A program made the position numbers and the translations under genes. From Planctomycetaceae bacterium (lineage in GTDB: Bacteria; Planctomycetota; Planctomycetia; Pirellulales; UBA1268), in assembly GCA_046074885.1 (NCBI GenBank), contig JBJTPA010000321.1, positions 1 through 32,342 on the forward strand: a DNA stretch of 32,342 nucleotides. The letters are read 5' to 3'. How positions within the stretch are numbered: the stretch's first letter is position 1; each line of letters starts with the position of its first letter. Below are positions 15,710 through 21,868 of the stretch, piece by piece. The notes below the pieces were generated by a model. That model saw only the letters and a list, made by a program, of their open reading frames with translations, was not told the origin of the DNA and searched no databases.

Positions 15710-17014
15710 TCACTTCGCGCCGATGCACCACAGGGAGTCGTGCGTCCGCAGGAGGATCCGGCCGTCCACGCAGACCGGCGTGGCCACCGTCATCTCGCCG
15801 ACGTCCCCGGTGCCGACCTCCGGCCATGCCGCGTCCGCACCGGCCGGCGGCGGCCAGTCGAGCAGGGTCGAGTGGCCGTCCTCGCGGGTGAGGACGAGCT
15901 TCCCGTCCACGACGACCGGCGACGAGCTATAGGCGTTGCGATTGGCGGGCAGCGCGTGCCGCGCAAGCGTCGCGCCGGTCGCGGGGTCGACGCACTCGAC
16001 GGCGCCCTTGTCGCCGCAGACGACGACCCGCCCCGCTGCGAACGCCGGCGTCGGCACGTCGGCCCCGATGCCGGTGCGCGACCAGGCCACGTGCGTGGCC
16101 GTGACGTCGCCCGTGCCGCCACGGCGGATCGCGGTGAGCGTGGAGCCGCGGGCGTATGGGGCGATGACGAGCTCGCCGGCGAGCACGGGCGAGGCGATGG
16201 AGCGGAAAAACCGGTCTGCCTTCGGATTCAAACCCCCCACCCGCCAGAGTTCGCGGCCGTCGGCGGCATCGTGGGCCGTCACGTGATCGGCCCCCAGGAC
16301 GACGAGCATCTCGGCCGGCTCCCCCTTGGCCTTGTCGCCCGCGATCACCAGCGGGGTCGAGTAGCTCTGGGCCGCCTCCTCGGGCGCCGGCACGTCGCGG
16401 TCGTGCTTCCAGCGGAGCGTGCCGGTCGCGCGGTCGAGGGCCACGAGGTAGCTCGGGCCCGTCTGCATCACGGCGACCACGACCGCCGTCTTCGTGAGCA
16501 CCGGCGACGTGCCGAGATCCCACCACAGCGTGTCCTCGCCGAACCGCTCCTGGAGATTCGTGCGCCAGACGACCTCGCCGGTGGCGAGGGCGAGGCAGGC
16601 GAGCTCACCGCTCTTGAAGTAGACCCAGACGTGCGTGCCGTCGGCCACCGGCGAAGGGTTGGCGGCCGTCGCCTTCTTGTGCTTGCCGACCCGCTCCGGG
16701 CCGAGCACCCGCCGCCAGCGCTCGTCGCCCGCGCGGTCGAGGCCGATCGCCGCGTTGTGGCCGGCGATCGCGCAGGTGACGACGATCCGGTCGCCGGACA
16801 CGGCCGGCGTGCTGGCGCCGAGGCCCGGCAACTTCACCCGCCACACGACGTTGGCGTCGGGGGACCACGCCGCCGGGAAGCTGGCCCCGGGGGCCGTGCC
16901 GTCGCCGCCCGGGCCGCGCCAGGCGGGCCAGTCGGCGGCCCGGGCCGCGGCGAGCGCCACGAGCGCCAGGGCGAGCGGAACGGTGCGGCGGACTGCGGCT
17001 GATCGGGCGGACAT
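15710..17014 (-). CDS. PQQ-like beta-propeller repeat protein (BamB-like fold), secreted
   Basis: ATG 17014 gives the signal peptide MSARSAAVRRTVPLALALVALAAARA followed by DWPAWRGPGGDG. Propeller repeats recur (GEVVWR, GTLRWK, GRELWR, ATGATL). It is 434 aa. The upstream 102 aa of track ORF 15710..17320 belong to a sulfatase relic. Confidence 0.75.
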   Translation of the reverse strand: MSARSAAVRRTVPLALALVALAAARAADWPAWRGPGGDGTAPGASFPAAWSPDANVVWRVKLPGLGASTPAVSGDRIVVTCAIAGHNAAIGLDRAGDERWRRVLGPERVGKHKKATAANPSPVADGTHVWVYFKSGELACLALATGEVVWRTNLQERFGEDTLWWDLGTSPVLTKTAVVVAVMQTGPSYLVALDRATGTLRWKHDRDVPAPEEAAQSYSTPLVIAGDKAKGEPAEMLVVLGADHVTAHDAADGRELWRVGGLNPKADRFFRSIASPVLAGELVIAPYARGSTLTAIRRGGTGDVTATHVAWSRTGIGADVPTPAFAAGRVVVCGDKGAVECVDPATGATLARHALPANRNAYSSSPVVVDGKLVLTREDGHSTLLDWPPPAGADAAWPEVGTGDVGEMTVATPVCVDGRILLRTHDSLWCIGAK

Positions 17015-17137
17015 CGTGCCCTCCAATGTAGCCTCGCGTGGAGCCGCGTGGCACCGCGTCATCGCGGGCTGCCCTGCGGGCCGTAGGGCTCGACCGGCTC
17101 GGGGTTCGGCCGCGGCATCGCGGCGTGCACGCCCTTC

Positions 17138-17353
17138 CGTCACGCATCCACGGCGGAAAACGATGCTCTCCCGCGCGAGCCGGTCGAGGTGCGGCGTTCG
17201 CAGGTGCTCGTGGCTTGCGAATCCGTAATCCCGCCGATGGTGATCATCGGAGATGATGAACTCGACGTTGGGCGGCGGCCCGGCACGTGCCGCGTGCCGG
17301 GCCACTGCGAAGGCGACCACCGCGAGAACTATGCCGCGCCGTGCGGCACGCCT
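17138..17353 (-). pseudogene. Sulfatase N-terminal relic (signal-peptide remnant plus metal-binding DD motif through the LDRLA block)
   Basis: The reverse-strand translation is RRAARRGIVLAVVAFAVARHAARAGPPPNVEFIISDDHHRRDYGFASHEHLRTPHLDRLARESIVFRRGCVT. This fits the sulfatase N-terminus (PN..FI..DD......G..G.....TP.LDRLA.E...F). Similarity ends before the C/S-x-P-x-R site, there is no ATG, and a TGA lies directly upstream at 17354-17356. Confidence 0.6.
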
Positions 17354-17481
17354 TCATCCTGCTGGTCCTCGTCATCGCGCGGGCAGCAGCGGCCGCGGCG
17401 CCGGAGGGGCGACCCCGCAACATGGTCGTGTTCCTCGTCGATGACCTCGGCCGGCACGACCTGGCCTGTCTCGGCGACGAC
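17341..17481 (+). pseudogene. Second sulfatase N-terminal relic, divergent orientation
   Basis: From GTG 17341 the translation is (M)RHAFILLVLVIARAAAAAAPEGRPRNMVVFLVDDLGRHDLACLGDD, a signal peptide plus the sulfatase N-terminal motif (PN.V.IL.DDLG..DLGCYG). Similarity stops at ~17481 and pgk starts at 17624. The nearby ATG 17331 is one base out of frame. Confidence 0.55.
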
Positions 17482-17548
17482 CGCCACGGCCCGGAGCGCC
17501 CGGCGGAACGGCACGGGTTACCCGGAGCCACGCTCCCGACACGGGCAT

Positions 17549-17577
17549 TTGCAGCACCGCCGGCGATCCGGTTGAAT
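17549..17577 (+). promoter_or_regulatory. Candidate sigma70-type promoter for pgk (TTGCAG-N17-TTGAAT)
   Basis: TTGCAG is at 17549-17554 and TTGAAT at 17572-17577, ~47 nt upstream of ATG 17624. This is a motif match only. Confidence 0.25.
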
Positions 17578-17623
17578 ACCGGCCCGCACCATCAGGCACG
17601 CCGACCGGAGACCCACCCACCCC

Positions 17624-18829
17624 ATGGCCAAGAAGACCGTCGCCGACCTCGACCCCCGCGGCAAGACCATCCTCGTCCGCGTCGATTTCAACGTCCCGCA
17701 GGGCGAGCATGGCGCCATCACCGACGACCGCCGGATCCGCATGGCCCTGCCCACGATCACGTCGATCCTCGACCGCGGCGGCAGGGCGATCCTGATGTCG
17801 CACCTGGGACGCCCCGCCGGGAAGGGTTTCGAGTCCGAGTTCTCGCTGGCGCCCGTGGCCGTGCGGCTGGCCGAGCTCCTCGGCCGGCCCGTCGTCCTCG
17901 CGAGCGACACCGGCGGCCCGGATTCCCAGGCCAGGGCGAAATCCCTGCCGACCGGCGGCGTGCTCGTCCTCGAGAACGTCCGCTTCAACAAGGGCGAGAA
18001 GAAGGGGGACGACCCGGCCTACGTCGCGGGCCTCGCCGGCCTCGCTGATGCCTACGTCAACGACGCCTTCGGAACGTGCCACCGGACCGAGGCGAGCATG
18101 CACGCGGTGCCGGTCGCGATGAAGGCGGCGGGCAAGCCCGCCGTCGTGGGCTTCCTGGTCGAGAAGGAGATCCGGTACCTCGCCGACGCGATCGCGCGGC
18201 CGAAGCGGCCGTTCGTGGCGATCCTCGGCGGCAAGAAGGTGTCGGACAAGATCGCAGTGATCACGAACCTGCTCTCGATCTGCGACCACGTCCTCGTGGG
18301 GGGCGCGATGGCCTACACGTTCTCTCTGGCCCAGGGGGGCAAGACGGGCAAGTCCCTCGTCGAGCCCGACAAGGTGGATCTCGCGAAGCAGCTGCTGACC
18401 GCCGGAAAAGACAAACTCGTGCTGCCCGTCGATACGCACTGCGCCGACGACTTTTCGTCCGCGGCGAACAAGCGAGTCGTGAAGGCGGGGGAGATCCCGG
18501 ACGGCTTCGAGGGGCTCGACATCGGGCCGGAGACGGCGCGGGCGTACGCCGAGCTCATCCGCGGGGCGGGCACGGTCGTCTGGAACGGGCCGATGGGCGT
18601 GTTCGAGATGCCCCCCTTCGACGCCGGCACGAAGGCCGTGGCCGACGCGGTGGCCGATGCCACGGCGAAGGGCGCGGTGACGATCATCGGCGGCGGCGAC
18701 TCCGCCGCGGCGGTCGAGCAACTCGGCTACGCCGACCGGGTGAGCCACGTCTCGACCGGCGGAGGCGCGTCGCTCGAGATGCTCGAGGGCCGGGCCTTCG
18801 AGACGGTCGCGATCCTCGACGACCGCTGA
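17624..18829 (+). CDS. pgk: Phosphoglycerate kinase
   Basis: ORF 17624..18829 (401 aa). It carries [61 protein letters not shown] and [10 protein letters not shown]. Confidence 0.95.
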   Translation: MAKKTVADLDPRGKTILVRVDFNVPQGEHGAITDDRRIRMALPTITSILDRGGRAILMSHLGRPAGKGFESEFSLAPVAVRLAELLGRPVVLASDTGGPDSQARAKSLPTGGVLVLENVRFNKGEKKGDDPAYVAGLAGLADAYVNDAFGTCHRTEASMHAVPVAMKAAGKPAVVGFLVEKEIRYLADAIARPKRPFVAILGGKKVSDKIAVITNLLSICDHVLVGGAMAYTFSLAQGGKTGKSLVEPDKVDLAKQLLTAGKDKLVLPVDTHCADDFSSAANKRVVKAGEIPDGFEGLDIGPETARAYAELIRGAGTVVWNGPMGVFEMPPFDAGTKAVADAVADATAKGAVTIIGGGDSAAAVEQLGYADRVSHVSTGGGASLEMLEGRAFETVAILDDR

Positions 18830-18840
18830 CCGGTCAGCGG
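18823..18840. terminator. Perfect 18-nt palindrome CCGCTGACCGGTCAGCGG containing both convergent stop codons
   Basis: The pgk TGA (18827-18829) and the reverse-strand TGA of the SHD1 gene (tca at 18834-18836) sit at mirror positions in the two arms. Only 4 nt separate the two CDSs. Terminator function is an inference. Confidence 0.3.
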
Positions 18841-19769
18841 GCGGCGGTGTCGGTCGGCCGCGGTCCGCGGTTCCGGGCGGCGGCGATCCGCGGCCCGGCC
18901 TCGGCGACGTAGTCGCGGTCGAAGTCGCTGAGCCGCTCGAGCGGCACCGTCACGGGGCGTCCGTCGGCACGGAGGATGTCGATCGAATCCCGTCGGACGG
19001 CGACCAGCCGGCCCACGACGGCGAAGCTCGCGGTGTCGTCGATCCAGCGACGCGGCTGCTCGGCTGCGGATTCGTCGAAGGGGTTCGGTGCCGGGGCGGG
19101 CGGTGCCGGTTTCGGCTCCTCGACGACGGGCTCCGGCTCGGCCGGCGCGTCGGCCGGCTCCTCGTTCGCGACACCCCCTTCGCCCTCGGCCATCTCCTCG
19201 GGCTCGTTGACGACGGGCTCGATGGTCTCCGGCGCGGCAGGCTCGGGCGGCGTGCCGCCCTCCTCGGGAGCATCGACCACCGGCTCGGCTGCCGTGGCGT
19301 CGGCCGCCTCCATCTCTTCCTCCGGCTCGGAGGCCGGCTCAGCCGCCGGCTCGGCGGGCACTTCGTCGGTCGCGGCGATCGGGTTCGGAGCGGGCTCGGT
19401 CGCCGAGGCGGGGGAGACGGGCTCGAGATCCGGGACCGTGGACACGACCGGCGACGGCGCGACGACCGGGGCCGGCGGCTCCACGGGCGCGGGCTCGGGC
19501 GCGGCGACCGCCGGCGCGGGGGCGACCACGGACTCGTTGGCCGCGGTGGACGGCGTGGCCGGCTGGGCGGCGACGGCCGGACCGCAGCAGGCGGTCGGCA
19601 CACAGCAGGCGACCGCCTCGCAGCCGCAGCCCGCGACGACCACGACCGGCGCACAGCACGGAGCCGGGGGACAGCGCCGCCACCGCAGGTGGCCGCACGC
19701 GCGGGCGGCATCGACCGAGAGCGAGACCGTGAGCACGCCGACGAGCAGGCTGTGCAGACACCGACGCAC
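18834..19769 (-). CDS. Secreted protein: Cys-rich N-terminal segment, long Pro/Glu/Ala-rich linker, C-terminal SHD1-like domain
   Basis: GTG 19769 has GGAGG 6 nt upstream. The signal peptide is MRRCLHSLLVGVLTVSLSVDAARA. There are 10 Cys in residues 25-62. About 175 aa of PEPA-type low complexity follow. The C-terminus, RRWIDDTASFAVVGRLVAVRRDSIDILRADGRPVTVPLERLSDFDRDYV, fits the SHD1 pattern (R.W.D..G.F...A........V.L...DG....VP...LS..D..YV). Confidence 0.7.
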   Translation of the reverse strand: MRRCLHSLLVGVLTVSLSVDAARACGHLRWRRCPPAPCCAPVVVVAGCGCEAVACCVPTACCGPAVAAQPATPSTAANESVVAPAPAVAAPEPAPVEPPAPVVAPSPVVSTVPDLEPVSPASATEPAPNPIAATDEVPAEPAAEPASEPEEEMEAADATAAEPVVDAPEEGGTPPEPAAPETIEPVVNEPEEMAEGEGGVANEEPADAPAEPEPVVEEPKPAPPAPAPNPFDESAAEQPRRWIDDTASFAVVGRLVAVRRDSIDILRADGRPVTVPLERLSDFDRDYVAEAGPRIAAARNRGPRPTDTAAR

Positions 19770-19819
19770 GAGGCACCTCCGGGATCGGGTGGCCGCGGGG
19801 TGCAGCCCGCGTGTGCACT

Positions 19820-19848
19820 ATGCTAGATGCCCCGCAGGCGTGCCGCAA
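19820..19848 (-). promoter_or_regulatory. Candidate sigma70-type promoter for the SHD1 gene (TTGCGG-N17-TAGCAT on the reverse strand)
   Basis: The reverse-strand -35 is at 19843-19848 and the -10 at 19820-19825, ~50 nt upstream of GTG 19769. It lies in a local A/T cluster. This is a motif match only. Confidence 0.25.
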
Positions 19849-20278
19849 ACGGCCCGAGGGGCCGGCGCCCGCGTTCCGGCGGCGGCCGTGGTGACACGAC
19901 CTCTACGACCGGCACGTTCGCGCCGATCGGTACCCGGCGCGGCAACGAAAGCGGGCCGGGACGACTCGCGTCCTCCCGGCCCGCCACGTGGATCGAGCCT
20001 GCCGACCGCCTGCGATCGGGGTAGAACACTGCGAGACTGATGCGGATCGGGCCCAGGTGCCCGAACCGCGGAGACGAGTCCGCGGAACTGCACGAGAGCC
20101 TTTCAGGGGATCCGGATCAACGCGTTGGGGTTGGCACCTCCGACGGAATGCGGCGACAGGTCGAAGTTCGATGACTCGGGGATCGTCGTGCGGGGGCGGC
20201 GGCCTGCAGCCCCGCGCGGCCGCGGCGCACGACCGTCACAGCCGGCACCCCGCTCAAGGAGCCAGCGAGCAGCCCCTG

Positions 20279-21604
20279 ATGAGCGACCGGCAGATCACCG
20301 CCGCCCCGCACGGCCACCTCCTCACGAACGCGGCCACGTGGACGCCGGACTCCCGGTGGCTCGTGTTCGACACGCGGTCGGCGGTCGATGGCGCGGTCTT
20401 CGACGGCACGCGGATCGTGCGGGTGCTCGTCGCCACGGGCCGCGTCGAGACGCTCTACGAGTCGCGACACGGGGCCTCGTGCGGCGTCGTCACCGCGAGC
20501 CCGGTGGACGACCGGGTGGCCTTCATCCTCGGCCCCGAGCGGCCCGACGCGGACTGGCGGTACGGCCCGGCCCGCCGCCAGGGCGTGGTGGTCGATGCGT
20601 CGCGGCCGGGGATCGCGGAGCCGCTCGACGCCCGCGACCTCGTGCCCCCCTTCACGCCCGGCGCCCTCCGCGGGGGCACGCACGTCCACGTCTGGAGCCC
20701 CGACGGCGCGCTCGTGAGCTCGACCTACGAGGACGCGGTGCTCGATGAGGCCACTGGAGGCCCGTGCGGGCCACGATGGCCCGCACGCCATACAAACCTG
20801 CGGGGCGTGGCGGTGAGCGTGTGTGGCCGGGCGGTCCGCGTGCCGGCGGCGCATCCCCGCAACCACGACGGCTCGGCGTTCACCGTGCTCACGACGGACC
20901 TCGCCGACGCCCCGCGGCCCGGCGGCGACGAGATCGTCCGGGCCTGCGAGGAGGCCTGGATCGGCGCCCGCGGCTACCTCCGCGCCGACGGCACCCGGCA
21001 GCGCCGGGCGCTCGCGTTCCAGGGGAGCGTCGTCGCGGCGGGCGGTCGCACGATCACCGAGGTGTTCGTCCTCGATCTGCCCGACGACCCGCGGGCACTC
21101 GAGGTGCCGGGCCGCGGACCGCTCGCCGGCACGGCCACGACGCGGCCCGCCCCGCCGCGCGGTGTCGTCCAGCGGCGGATCACGTTCACTCACGACCGCT
21201 CGCACCCGGGCCTCCAGGGCCCGCGGCACTGGCTCAGGTCGAGCCCCGACGGCTCGCGGATCGCGTGCCTCATGCGTGACGACCGCGGCATCGTGCAACT
21301 GTTCGCGGTGAGCCCGCTCGGCGGCGAGCCGGAGCAACTCAGCCACGATCCGTGGGACGTGTCGAGCGCGTTCACCTGGAGCCCCGACGGCGGACGGATC
21401 GCCTACGTCGCCGACGCGAGCGTGATGACGATCGACGTCGCCACCGGCGAAACCCGCCGGCTCACGCATCCCACCCCCGGCGCCACCGCCCCGCGTCCCG
21501 AGGCCTGCGTCTTCTCGCCCGACGGCACGAAGATCGCCTACCTCCGCACACTCCCGACCGCCGCCGGCGACTTCAACCAGATCTTCGTGGTGGACGCGCG
21601 GTGA
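20279..21604 (+). CDS. DUF3748 / YidR-like beta-propeller protein
   Basis: ATG 20279 has AAGGAG 7 nt upstream. The sequence MSDRQITAAPHGHLLTNAATWTPDSRWLVFD, PFTPGALRGGTHVHVWSPDG, RPAPPRGVVQRRITFTH and LMRDDRGIVQLF is collinear with my recollection of E. coli YidR. It is 441 aa. The upstream 97 aa of the track ORF have no coding character. Confidence 0.65.
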   Translation: MSDRQITAAPHGHLLTNAATWTPDSRWLVFDTRSAVDGAVFDGTRIVRVLVATGRVETLYESRHGASCGVVTASPVDDRVAFILGPERPDADWRYGPARRQGVVVDASRPGIAEPLDARDLVPPFTPGALRGGTHVHVWSPDGALVSSTYEDAVLDEATGGPCGPRWPARHTNLRGVAVSVCGRAVRVPAAHPRNHDGSAFTVLTTDLADAPRPGGDEIVRACEEAWIGARGYLRADGTRQRRALAFQGSVVAAGGRTITEVFVLDLPDDPRALEVPGRGPLAGTATTRPAPPRGVVQRRITFTHDRSHPGLQGPRHWLRSSPDGSRIACLMRDDRGIVQLFAVSPLGGEPEQLSHDPWDVSSAFTWSPDGGRIAYVADASVMTIDVATGETRRLTHPTPGATAPRPEACVFSPDGTKIAYLRTLPTAAGDFNQIFVVDAR

Positions 21605-21626
21605 GCGGTTTCGCCCAACGGCCCGG

Positions 21627-21858
21627 AGTCCCGTCGCTTCCGCTCCGGGCTTCCTGCCACTCCGGGTTTGCATGCGAAGAATCGCCAGCGATCTTCAGGC
21701 CCGCCGCCCGCTCCGCGGGGCCTTGCCTTCGGACGGCGGCAGCCGCCGCTCAGCGGCGGCCCTGCGAGCCCGGAGGTGCGAGCAGCCGGCCGTCCGGGCA
21801 CACCTTGGCTGTGCCCGCGACGGCCCAAGCAAAAACGGACAGGATGTCCGTGTTTTGC
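21627..21858 (+). repeat. Repeat family R2, copy 1 (modules M1, variable spacer, M2, hairpin H1, terminator hairpin)
   Basis: M1 is 21627-21657 (29/31 identical to 25929-25959). M2 is 21742-21790 (48/49 identical to 26028-26076) and contains GCCGCCGC-tca-GCGGCGGC and GGAGGTG. H1 is 21788-21825. The terminator hairpin is 21829-21858. Confidence 0.85.
21829..21858. terminator. Bidirectional intrinsic-terminator-like hairpin (A-tract, stem, T-tract)
   Basis: GCAAAA-ACGGACA-gga-TGTCCGT-g-TTTTGC has a 7-bp core stem, extendable to 13 bp with one bulged G. U-tracts follow on both strands (TTTT on +, TTTTT on -). It lies 10 nt from the nrdJ stop, at the end of the 264-nt gap after the DUF3748 gene. 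Confidence 0.6.
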
Positions 21859-21868
21859 GTGAAGCAAG

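Noticed and set aside
19090-19560. A repetitive-looking GC-rich stretch that might be taken for a tandem repeat or CRISPR-like array.
   Set aside because: It is the in-frame Pro/Glu/Ala/Val-rich coding region of the SHD1 gene. There are no regularly spaced identical repeats with unique spacers.
19951-19984. An 11-bp perfect hairpin, GCGGGCCGGGA-N12-TCCCGGCCCGC, in the 509-nt divergent region between the SHD1 and DUF3748 genes. I considered it, and the region as a whole, as a riboswitch or ncRNA.
   Set aside because: It is an isolated GC-rich stem with no flanking conserved motif that I recognise, no U-tract and no second copy in the window. I saw no tRNA-like T-loop or known riboswitch core in 19770-20278.
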